Part shown: piece by piece, positions 49,766 to 60,074 of the stretch
Layout: every line of letters begins with the position of its first letter
How positions within the stretch are numbered: the stretch's first letter is position 1
From: Strigamia acuminata
Lineage: Eukaryota
Length of the DNA stretch: 64,000 bases
NCBI GenBank assembly: GCA_949358305.1
Contig: OX442314.1
Coordinates: 29,760,001 to 29,824,000 of the forward strand
Direction: 5' to 3'
Notes under the pieces: generated by a model
Told to the model about the DNA's origin: nothing
The model's database searches: none
What the model saw: the letters and a program-made list of their open reading frames with translations, nothing else
Made by a program: the position numbers and the translations under genes

Positions 49766-52700
49766 TATTAATAATTCCGAAGGAATTTTACCACCAGACT
49801 TGGAACAAGCACTTTCCGAAACTTTGGATAATTTAACTATTCAAGATAAAGAAATTAAGCGTGCTCGTCCTAACCGGAAGACACGGAAAAGGAACTGGAA
49901 TTATAAGTTTAAAATCGCGTCAAATACGCCCTTTTCGGCAGAGGAGACAGCAAACCCGTTCTTGAATTTTCACGACGACCTGTTTTCTCTAGATAAGGGG
50001 GACGAATCTTTAGCTAGATTGATACAAGATACATCCAATCTTAATATTCGTGATGAATCCACCAGTTCTAGTGGAGGAGTATTCGAGAATTTACAATCAA
50101 TGATTGATAATTTGAATCCCGACTCCAAATCCTCCAGATTTGCGAGATTAAAATCTTACATTAACGAGAATCAGTTAAAACGAAAAGATGGCATCGAACG
50201 AATTAATAAATTGGGAAATCACATCGACGACCCCCGAATGAAAATTACAATAGGTGGACTCACCTACAATGCTTTGATGGACTCAGGAGCCACACAGTGT
50301 TTTATTGGGTTGCAATTACTAAGTAAAACTTGTGCATCTCCCGATTTCATACAAGATTGTCCAAAACACATGAGAGTTTGTGCAGTCGGAGTTACTCATA
50401 TTCCACTAGGACAAATTACTTTGTGTGTACAATGGGCAGATGGAGCAGAATTCACACCAATAAATTTTATCATTTTGGATAATAATGTGTGTGGATTAAT
50501 TATCGGACATAATTTTATGCGCCGAACCAAAATTAATTTAAATCCAGCACGAGCTGTATTTACTTGCGACAGCAAGTCCGACTGGACTGCACCCTACGAA
50601 ACTGACGAGTTAAATTGTAATTTAGCTCGAGTACAAGTGTTGACTGACAACGCAACAGCCACACACACGCCAGATAATTGGGAAGAATTGCTGGTAAAGG
50701 ATTGTGACTGTTCAGATGAGGAAAAAAGTAAATTACGCGAAGTAATTGCTAGTGTGAAGAACGTCTTTAGAGATAAAGTCGGATGTACTAACATAATAAA
50801 GCATAAGATCACCTTTAAAAAGGATGTAACGTGGAAAAAACAACCATTTCGAATGTATAACCCTGCTAAAATAGCCATTATGACTAAATTAGTAGAAGAA
50901 TTAGAAGCGGATAATTTGATCGAAAGAGCTACTGGACCTTACATAAGTCATCCAGTGATCGTAGCCAAACCAAATGGTACTTATCGTTTATGTATCGATT
51001 ATCGGTGGTTGAATGCAATCACCGAAATTAACGCCATACAAATGCCAAGTATTGATTTGTTACTCCACAATACAAATCAGGCAAAATATTTCACGTCTCT
51101 TGACCTTACCAAAGGTTATTATCAGGTCGAGATGGACGAGGAAGATAGACAGAAAACAGCCTTTTATACTCCGAAAGGCAATTACCAATTTGTCCGCATG
51201 CCTTTTGGTCTTTGCAATGCGCCGTGTACATTTCAGTTCTTAATGGAACGAGTGATGGGCGAAGCATTATACAAACACGCGTTAGTCTATTTGGACGACG
51301 TGATAATCTTCTCCACCACTTGGGAGAAACATCTTGAACATATCAAAGATGTGTTGGAAAGACTAGATAAGGCCAACTTATCAGTAAATAAGGAAAAATC
51401 AAAATTTGGAAAAACTACACTCAAATTTTTGGGTCATTTGATAACTCCAACCGGATTAGCACCTGACCCAGACAAGATAGTATCCGTTAGGAAATATCCA
51501 ACTCCTAAGAATTCCAAGGATATTCAACGATTTCATGGCTTGTCAAATTTCTTCCGGAAATTTATTCCCGAACATGCAAAAATTGCTAGGCCTCTAACTA
51601 GCATGATGCATGATAAAGCAGTGTTCGAATGGGGAGAAGAACAAGAGAAAGCTTTTGAAACAATAAAAAATATTTTATGTGACGAAACACAGGTTTTGTT
51701 AATGCCAGATATGATGAAACCATTCGTAATCTTGACAGACGCATCGCATGATGGACTTGGTAGTGTGTTATGCCAAGATGTAGAATTCTTCGATGAAGGA
51801 AAAAGAGAAATGATCATGACTCCTAGACCCGTAGCTTATGCTAGTCGAGTCTTACGAGGGGCAGAAGTACGCTACTCAACACCCGAACTCGAGTGTTTAG
51901 CAGTAGTATGGGCAGTCGACAAATTCCGACCGTATATCGAATATACGACTTTTACTTTGGAATCAGACGCCGAAGCATTAAAATGGCTGATGGGAACACC
52001 AGAACCATCGGGACGATTTGGTCGTTGGGCAATTAAACTTCAATGTGGCGCCTTTAAGATTAAATATCGACGAGGTACCCAGAACCAAGTTGCCGACGCC
52101 TTCTCGAGAGCGCCTTTGGAGATCGAAGACATTCCAGAGAATGATTATTGTGAGCCAATCGAGATTACTCAATTCTGGCCGGAATGGGACGGAAATCGAG
52201 AAATTATTCGAAGGAATAATAGAGAAGATTGCCAATTTCTCACGAATGTGCAGCTTCATTTCGATTATTCCAAATTATTATACAATACTTTGGAAAAGGG
52301 GGAGAAGATGGATGAAGCTACAGAAGAAACACTATTTAGTGCTTTAACTGAAGTTTTAAAGGAAGTTCCACCGACTCGAGAAGAAATTATAAAAGCTCAA
52401 CTAGCCGACAAAGAGTGTAGAATAATAATCGATCATCTGAAACGAGATGAAATCGAACAAAGAAAGTTTAAGAAAACTAAAGAATGGATGAAAGCAGTCC
52501 AAGGTTACCAATTAGATTTTCAAGAAGAAAATGGTAATGAAATGCTGATTTATTTCAAACCAACGTTTGAAGAGGAATTGAATGACTCTGGAAACGGATT
52601 TAAAGCTGTCATTCCACCGTCATTAGTACGAAGAGTACTGTTTGCCTGTCACGGACATCCATTAAGTGGACATGCAGGGATGAGTAAGACGCTCGAACGA

Positions 52701-54035
52701 GCAAAACTTATATATTACTGGCCGAAGATGAATAAAGATACTCGCAATTACGTCCGAAGTTGTATTCACTGCCAGCAATACAAGCCCTGTCAACATAAAA
52801 AGCATAGAGCGAGTTACACTCCTCATAACATGTCTTACCCGTGGGAAGTAATCTGCATTGATTTAATGGGTCCCAAACCGACAGGAAGAAGCCAATACAG
52901 ATTTGTATTAGTAATTATCGATCAATGTACCAAATGGGTAGAATTATTCCCTTTAAGTAAGGCATCTAGTGAATCTATCGTGAATAGGTTAGGAGAGGTG
53001 ATTCATAGATGGGGATACCCAAAGAAAATTGTTAGTGATAACGGGAGCCAATTCATATCAACAATTTATGAAGAGTTTTGTAAAAAACACAACATCAGAA
53101 TGGCTCATGTGAGTCCATATCACGCTCAGGCCAATCCTACAGAAAGGGCCAATAGGGACATTAAAATAATGTTAGCCCTTTATTCTGATATTCACTCCCA
53201 TTGGCCAAGATTCTTAAACGAATTTGCATTTGCCTCGAGAACGGCTAAATCAGAATCTACAGGCGCAACGCCATTCTTATTGAATACAGGAAGAAATGTA
53301 CCTCTTCCCTTTGATCCTCGGATCATTCAACATGCAAATGCATTTGACAAGAATAACCCGGAAGAATACGTATATAATTTACTTGGAATTTTACGTCGAG
53401 CACATCAAGAGATGCATTTGCGTATTCAAGCAAATTATGAGAGACACGACAAGATTCACAGAAATAAATTTCACATTTGTGAATATACTGTCGGTGATTT
53501 GGTATGGAAAGCCACTCACATCCTTTCAAATAAAGAGAAAGGAATTACTAAAGGTTTCGCCGAGAAACGAGATGGACCGTGGGAAATTACGGAAGTTTTA
53601 CCTGGAGGTGCTTATAAGTTGAGAAAATTAGTTGATGGATCAATAGAACCATCCATAAATACTGATGATCTCTCACCTTATATCCCATCTTACCCGATTG
53701 AGACTTGGACACTCGACCAAAAGAGTGGAAGAGTAGAGAATCACCCAAACCCTGATTGGATGAACGAAAGTTCAACCGTAAATAATTCAAGTGAATTAAA
53801 TAATCAAGAATTAGGAAATAATTCTGCTAATATGGAATTAGATCCCGAAGAAGTTACAACACCCGCTTCAAAAGAAAGCGACATCGTAGTTAATAATCCA
53901 AAACATGATTATAACCTTAGGAAAAGGAAAAGAAGTTGTGAACTTTCACAACTGCAACCTCGTACGAAGCGAATTTCTACGACAGATCAAGAATGCACAA
54001 CAGATTTTATACATCTGATTCAAGATCGCCGCTAG
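49743..54035 (+). CDS. pol: Pol polyprotein of element B (protease, RT, RNase H, integrase), -1 frame
   Basis: ALMDSGA; RMPFGL and YLDD; ILTDAS...ELECLA; H..SGHAG...CIHC; CID/VSDNG/TER DDE core; intact 1430-codon frame. Confidence 0.97.
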   Translation: MAGVLEPPINNSEGILPPDLEQALSETLDNLTIQDKEIKRARPNRKTRKRNWNYKFKIASNTPFSAEETANPFLNFHDDLFSLDKGDESLARLIQDTSNLNIRDESTSSSGGVFENLQSMIDNLNPDSKSSRFARLKSYINENQLKRKDGIERINKLGNHIDDPRMKITIGGLTYNALMDSGATQCFIGLQLLSKTCASPDFIQDCPKHMRVCAVGVTHIPLGQITLCVQWADGAEFTPINFIILDNNVCGLIIGHNFMRRTKINLNPARAVFTCDSKSDWTAPYETDELNCNLARVQVLTDNATATHTPDNWEELLVKDCDCSDEEKSKLREVIASVKNVFRDKVGCTNIIKHKITFKKDVTWKKQPFRMYNPAKIAIMTKLVEELEADNLIERATGPYISHPVIVAKPNGTYRLCIDYRWLNAITEINAIQMPSIDLLLHNTNQAKYFTSLDLTKGYYQVEMDEEDRQKTAFYTPKGNYQFVRMPFGLCNAPCTFQFLMERVMGEALYKHALVYLDDVIIFSTTWEKHLEHIKDVLERLDKANLSVNKEKSKFGKTTLKFLGHLITPTGLAPDPDKIVSVRKYPTPKNSKDIQRFHGLSNFFRKFIPEHAKIARPLTSMMHDKAVFEWGEEQEKAFETIKNILCDETQVLLMPDMMKPFVILTDASHDGLGSVLCQDVEFFDEGKREMIMTPRPVAYASRVLRGAEVRYSTPELECLAVVWAVDKFRPYIEYTTFTLESDAEALKWLMGTPEPSGRFGRWAIKLQCGAFKIKYRRGTQNQVADAFSRAPLEIEDIPENDYCEPIEITQFWPEWDGNREIIRRNNREDCQFLTNVQLHFDYSKLLYNTLEKGEKMDEATEETLFSALTEVLKEVPPTREEIIKAQLADKECRIIIDHLKRDEIEQRKFKKTKEWMKAVQGYQLDFQEENGNEMLIYFKPTFEEELNDSGNGFKAVIPPSLVRRVLFACHGHPLSGHAGMSKTLERAKLIYYWPKMNKDTRNYVRSCIHCQQYKPCQHKKHRASYTPHNMSYPWEVICIDLMGPKPTGRSQYRFVLVIIDQCTKWVELFPLSKASSESIVNRLGEVIHRWGYPKKIVSDNGSQFISTIYEEFCKKHNIRMAHVSPYHAQANPTERANRDIKIMLALYSDIHSHWPRFLNEFAFASRTAKSESTGATPFLLNTGRNVPLPFDPRIIQHANAFDKNNPEEYVYNLLGILRRAHQEMHLRIQANYERHDKIHRNKFHICEYTVGDLVWKATHILSNKEKGITKGFAEKRDGPWEITEVLPGGAYKLRKLVDGSIEPSINTDDLSPYIPSYPIETWTLDQKSGRVENHPNPDWMNESSTVNNSSELNNQELGNNSANMELDPEEVTTPASKESDIVVNNPKHDYNLRKRKRSCELSQLQPRTKRISTTDQECTTDFIHLIQDRR

Positions 54036-54846
54036 TGATAGCGTATTTTTTTAAATAAAAATTTAAAAAAGATAAAAAATCGGGTCACTTTTTGACCCAC
54101 AAATTAGTCATGGTTAAATCATAAACCTATAGGAGAATAGGGTGAAAATACCCCGGGTAGAGAGTAGAGGATTTGTTCTCTCACAAGCTTCACACACATG
54201 TGCGAGTCAACTTTGACACCTGCGTCGATAGAAAAGTTCGTCGCGATTTCTTTCAAGAAAACCTCGAGATTCGCGGTAAGACTCATGTATTACCAGTAAA
54301 CTCGGAAAATTATGTGTCAGGACTTAATGTTATAATCCTTTCATGATAGAAAAGGACGAGAGAAAACTTCGGTGATTAATTTCGTCTGAAAGAGACGAAC
54401 ACGTGACCTCGGCGTGAAGAAGAAAATTTCTCCTTCGAGAAAATTCGAAATATCATCACGCCAGTTCAACGTTTACTAGAGTGTTACGTGTAAGTAATGA
54501 TAAATTTAATATATCAAGAGATATTCACGGCTATTTTATATATAAAATTAGGATTTCTACGTTGGCGGAGAACACCTTCGCTAAAAACAACGAGTTTTGT
54601 CAATTAGAAAATCGGCACCACATCATTTTGAATACTTAAGTGGATTCCGGAGATTCCTAGTGTAAGTATTCTAAAGATAATTCTATCGAATATTACGAAT
54701 AGTAAAAAAGCCGCACGTAAAATCCCGATATAAAAATATATCGAAACCATCGATAAAGTTGATAAATTTTCACGATAGATGGCGGTATAAATTTTGTTAA
54801 ATAAATCGTATTGATAAGATTCTCTATATTATTTTCTCTAGAAAAA

Positions 54847-56541
54847 ATGGGAAAAAAGATCGAAAAAAAGAGAAAATACGTGTTGGTCGAATCCTCTTCC
54901 TCCGATGAAGAAGTAACGGCACCTGAAGAGGTAACGGCACCTCCTTCGGCCGCTGCCGTATTCGTAGAAGGGTGTCCCAAAACACCCGTGATTATCAACG
55001 CCAGAGGCTGGGATATTTTGAGTTGGGCTCGCCAACATCCCGAATTGCTCCCCGCTGAGCTTGGTCCACCCGGAACCCCCACGTTACAGGAGGAACCGGC
55101 CAAAAAAGAATCAACGGCGAAGCCATTTGTTATTCCAAAGATAAAAGCGGATGATTTCGCCAGAAATAATCCGCCAATTGCAAAAAACCAGCCAAGTACC
55201 AGTAAACCGCGAAAGGTGGAAATTGTGTACAACCGAGTCAAGTCGCCCGAACGAAGAAGGAAATCCCCACCAATGGAAGCTAAACGCCGCCGAAATCCGG
55301 AAGACGCTACACCTTCCTCTTGTAATGGCCAAGAGCGTCCAAAAAGAGAATACGTTAGATTTAACGATTCACCAGACCGAGACCGGGAAAAAAGGTCGTA
55401 TTCCTCCTACCGAAGGTCCGACCGACCTAGGAATAGGTCAAATACCAGCGCATGGTCAGAGCGCCAAAAGTTGGCAAATAAAGTTCGTCAGATCCAGAAA
55501 AGACGAGAACAGTGTAAACAAGATAAAGAGAACGGAAAACCACATGATGATATGGTACTCTCGAAGGACGAAGTGCCATGTCCTTTTTGTTCCGCCGTCG
55601 GGTGGGTCTCGGGATCGGGAACCGGAGGCCACCTGGCGCAATGTTCCAATTGCGAGGGCACAAAGAAGCGGCCCAAAGGCCAACCTTGGCGCCCCAGCTT
55701 TCTACCGTTTGTGGTCATGGGAATTCACCCTCCCCCGGCCAGGTTGTGGGCAACTTGCCCGGAGTGTAAAATTGTCCTCTCCAGTGACGGAAGATCGCCG
55801 TACATCAGCCCGGAGTTCTTGAACGCCATAACCACTCCACTAGGAAGGGAAATGCAAGATCTGAGAATTCCGCCAGAAGCTCTAGAGAGTTCCCGAAAAC
55901 CACAGGGTACGACAGTCATCGATAAAGGATGTCAAACGGTATCCAAGGAGAACGAAAAAGAAGCCGAAAATGAACTTCTTGTGGAACCCTTTTTCCCTCC
56001 ACCAGGAGCGAAAATAGCGCATCTATTCGAATACGAGGTGAGCTACTATTTTCCGACGCTTTTTAGAATTGCCGAGAAAATCACGGAACAAATGCGCTCA
56101 GACTCTACCGATCCCTCGAATATCAATTATGCTGTCCATGTGATGAAATTGATATTTAACGCCAATCGAGGCGAATCTTTTGCTGTGCTGGAGCACATAT
56201 GGACACTGTTAATTGACAGAGTCAACACCGACGGAAAAGGATTAATAAACCCTTCATGGTTCTACGGACTCCCCTGCATTGCGGAGATATACGACGCTTC
56301 GAAAAAGGCTATTGAAGAAAGTTATGAGTTAGTTGAGAAGACTCCAGAATATGAACCAAGGTCTCCGGAGTACGCGCCGAAATCTCCACCCGCAGAAGAT
56401 ATAGGTGAAGAACCCAATTTCGTCATCGACCGAGGACCAGCGGAATTTCTTCCCCTAGAAAAGTCCGAAGTCGGTGAGTCCAGTGAGACTCTTAAGAAAG
56501 AGAGTGAAGGATCGGAGTCTGATGAAGAAGAAGTCAAGTGA
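54847..56541 (+). CDS. Accessory ORF3 of element B (564 aa from first ATG); soluble zinc-finger protein of unknown function
   Basis: Long intact ORF between pol and PPT; CPFC-x17-CSNCEG plus CPEC; RS-rich and acidic tracts; no signal peptide or TM segment visible. The ORF track extends to a TTG at 54811. Confidence 0.85.
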   Translation: MGKKIEKKRKYVLVESSSSDEEVTAPEEVTAPPSAAAVFVEGCPKTPVIINARGWDILSWARQHPELLPAELGPPGTPTLQEEPAKKESTAKPFVIPKIKADDFARNNPPIAKNQPSTSKPRKVEIVYNRVKSPERRRKSPPMEAKRRRNPEDATPSSCNGQERPKREYVRFNDSPDRDREKRSYSSYRRSDRPRNRSNTSAWSERQKLANKVRQIQKRREQCKQDKENGKPHDDMVLSKDEVPCPFCSAVGWVSGSGTGGHLAQCSNCEGTKKRPKGQPWRPSFLPFVVMGIHPPPARLWATCPECKIVLSSDGRSPYISPEFLNAITTPLGREMQDLRIPPEALESSRKPQGTTVIDKGCQTVSKENEKEAENELLVEPFFPPPGAKIAHLFEYEVSYYFPTLFRIAEKITEQMRSDSTDPSNINYAVHVMKLIFNANRGESFAVLEHIWTLLIDRVNTDGKGLINPSWFYGLPCIAEIYDASKKAIEESYELVEKTPEYEPRSPEYAPKSPPAEDIGEEPNFVIDRGPAEFLPLEKSEVGESSETLKKESEGSESDEEEVK

Positions 56542-57043
56542 CTCGCGGAGTTAATTTTCGAATTTAATAGAATTTAAGGAAAAAATGTTAGAATTAACGA
56601 AAAACTCAAAAGTATTCTGTTTAGTATTTAATAAGCGGTTGTGATATGCAAAAGTCATGTTATTTTTAAAAAAAAAAAAAGGAAAATCGAGAGATAATCC
56701 TATAAATCAAAAGAAATCTTTTAATAATTGTTAAGCTAAAAAGAAATAATTTACCAAAAAATTATGTTAAGATTCCCGTTATTTGAAATAATAATTGTGT
56801 GAAGAAATGAGGCTAAGTGTTGTAAAGTTCCAAGTTTGTTTTATTGTAACCAAATAATATTTTATTCTTGATAATTCATTAAAAAAGAATTGTTGCGCAC
56901 ATCAGAAATATGAAATTTATTTTGAGTCACCCGCATACGCACTCAGCTGTTCGGGATGAAAAAAGTCCTGTTTTGAGATATTAATAAAATCATTTCGCAA
57001 GAATAACATAAACTTATGAATAAAATTTATAAGTTGAGTAATT

Positions 57044-57053
57044 AAGGGGGATG
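57044..57053 (+). promoter_or_regulatory. Polypurine tract of element B
   Basis: AAGGGGGATG directly abuts the 3' LTR. Confidence 0.8.
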
Positions 57054-58801
57054 TATGACGGTTTATAAGTGCTATTTATTAATAACACGGCCGAATTTTA
57101 AGTGTTTTTTGCGAAACCCGCATTTGTCAATGCTCCGAGTCGCCACTAGATGGCGCGATTATAATTCAGCGGTAAATTCGAATTGCGAGTTAAGAAAACT
57201 GGTAAATAAATATAAGAATATATTTATTTGTATGAAACGACACTTTATTAGGATTAATATAAATATATATTAATAATTATTGTTCACACTAAGTGATGGG
57301 AATCTCTAGTTCAGCAGAAATGGAGATTTGATAATCCATCGATCAACCGATCGATGTGATTGGTGGATCCATTTCCGGTCCTGGGTATCCAGTTCCGGTT
57401 GTGGTGTGAATTAGCATATTGCTCCTCCGTATCCACTTCCGGCGATACGGGATTGGAGGGATTCGTGGAACCCATGTTCCAATTGGTTGATTGGATTAAT
57501 CTCTAATCCAGTCAGGTTATATAAACCCAAACAACCGGCCATCCGGCGGCTCTGTTTGATTATTTCTGTTTGGTATTATTACTTAAGAAATTTGATTCGT
57601 TGTCCATTAAAAAACCTTTTGGTTCTTTGTTGATTTATTCACAAAGAACCGCGGCATGATTCTACCGAATCATGCAACCACCGGCAATTGAAGCCGACGT
57701 ATTGGATTGTTATGTTGCATACATGTTTCAAGTTACGGTCTCGCCGAGGAGAACCTGCCTTCTGTGCAATTCAGTATCCTCCGGGCAGGATTAAGTGGTC
57801 ATTTTCGGTATGAACGCATCTCGTAACCGCAAGTAAGCACCGGAACTGTTGAGAGTTGGTTCCTTCACCTGTTGGTGCAAAAGCAGTCTGTTTCACAGTA
57901 ACCACGAGTAGCACCAAGTGTTTGGCAAGCTGATTCTCATGGTATTTGGTGCCAAAGCAGTCGTTTTGTTATTAGTACCGCGAAGGGCTAAACTGCTGTG
58001 CGGAGCCGCGAGCTATCGACTCCTGTGTACGTGATACCGTCAATCGCTAGACGAACGACCGTGTTGCGGCGCAGGGGACGCTTGATACCGTTCTGCATGG
58101 CAAGGCGTTTTCTATCGATGGCAATTGTGTGTTGCGACGGGAAGTCTAACATTTATCCTTTACGTTTATAACAGAACAATATTAACTTGGCCACAAGTTA
58201 ATTAATCAAAGTCAGGAAGACTTAAAAAACAAGAATACATTGAACTCAATGTGACAAATAAGTTGACGACAACTTATCGATGAAATATCCAGTAGAAAAA
58301 CTCACAACACTTATGAATTAAATATAATTCATAATTGGAATATTGATAAGTAAATGAATACATTTACTTACACCAATATCCTCCCAAAGTTGTGGCGGTG
58401 CAGACAAAGTCAACCGCAATGCTCAGATCATTCGATTTATCGACGTGCGATAATATTACACAGCGAACCAAGGAACCAGCGAAGCCGTATCGGACTCCAG
58501 GACACAGCCATCCGGCTTAGATGACATCTATAATCAGGTCGAGCGATGGGGAAACCGCTCCCATCTCCCAGACCCGTAATGATATTATTTTAGGGCCAGT
58601 TGGCCAATTCTTTGTATAGTTTAATAGTTGATTTAAACTTGCCAAATGTCGGCATTAGTCCTATGTATAATTTAGCTCATTTCATATTGTTTGCCAACAA
58701 TAAACTGTCTTGTATTTATCTCGTATTGTATTCACTGTTTATTTATTGCGATCTCTTCCCGGTACCATTGTTAAATGGGAGTTGTGGTCGTCACCGTCAC
58801 A
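57054..58801 (+). repeat. 3' LTR of element B (1748 bp)
   Basis: No differences from the 5' LTR in the stretches compared; followed by the TSD. Confidence 0.96.
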
Positions 58802-60074
58802 TATTTTTTCCGTGTCTTTGTCTGCTCGTCGGGGCTCAAGTTCGCTATTCAGAAAAATTGGTAAGCAATTTCCTCGTGGGGTGGCGCTGAGTGTTCATTA
58901 GTCAGATGACCGACCACGTGTTTTTCACGCTTGTGCTCGGTCGCCATTTTCCCCCACCTGTTGGACGCGTTTACCTCGTGCAATTTCAGCTGAGTTCGAC
59001 AACGCATAGAATAGCGGATTTGAGTGTTCGACGGGGCGAGGAACATTGGATTTTAGTGTATTTGTAACCGTGAGTGTGTTTATTTTTCATTTCATGGACA
59101 ATTTTGTATTTTTATTCGTGAGTTAGAGTGGCGAACGCCGTCGCTCGCGCCGTCCCGACAAAACCTTATTTTTTCACGCCTTATTGTTAGAATTGTCAAG
59201 TTATTCAATTGTTTAACTTCGTTTAGTTTGTTTTTACGCGTTGTTGGTTTTGTTTTGACATTTATACGGCGCGAGTAGGGCATTTTCGTCACTCTCGCTT
59301 TTTGAAAAACAACATGGCCGAATTTGCACTTCGTTGAGGAATTTTGTTGGGGTCACGTGACTGAGTCCTAGCCTCAATCCGGGCTTTGGCGTCCATCTTT
59401 GTTGGACTTAGAACATTTTTCTTCGCGTTTGTCTTTTGACATTTAGCCACGCGCTCGTGCTCATATTTGTTTAGAATGCCTATGCATTTACAGGACGCGT
59501 ACTTTGTACTTTTCACGTTCTTGTTTGTATTCTACTTAGAAGAGCTTTGCTATTGCTTATTTGTTTGCACTTTAGATATTTTGATCTTTATTTTCAATTT
59601 ATTCATGTAATGCGAACCCATTTTTTGTGCGTATATCTTTGGCTATTTTATGTTATATACTGGGTGTTCTGCATTTTAGTTGAAGCTGTATATTGGGAGT
59701 GTGCAACTGCATTTTATATTAATTTGTACCTTTTCTCTGAAATTATCAAATTGTCAGTTATAGCGCTTGTATTCACCTTGTGGGTTATAGCGAGTATTTT
59801 GGAATCCGGTGCTTGTCAGCCGCCTGGATAGCAACCATGCTAGTTAGTGCTGAGGCCTATGCATTTTTCGTTTTGATTATGTTCATTTACGCGTTGCACA
59901 CTTATGTAAATTTCCTCATTAGAACCAGCGTCATAATTCCGAGCACTGTGTATTTTTTGTTTGTTCGCCATGTTTATTTGCGTTGAATTTTTGTCCATGA
60001 ATTTGAATCGTTTTGCAATTTGTTATTTGTTCATTTGTTTACATTCTTTTTGTGATTTAGAGTAGTGTGTTGTC

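Larger units (their letters stand above)
44830..58801 (+). mobile_element. Complete Ty3/Gypsy LTR retrotransposon B (13972 bp) nested in A
   Basis: Two equal-length LTRs, TSD TATT (44826-44829 / 58802-58805), PBS, PPT, intact gag, pol and ORF3. Confidence 0.97.

Noticed and set aside
54847..56541. ORF3 of B (and of A) as env
   Set aside because: No N-terminal signal peptide, fusion peptide or TM anchor visible; highly charged with nuclear-type basic tracts. The C-terminus of A-ORF3 is outside the window, so rejection is weaker for A.
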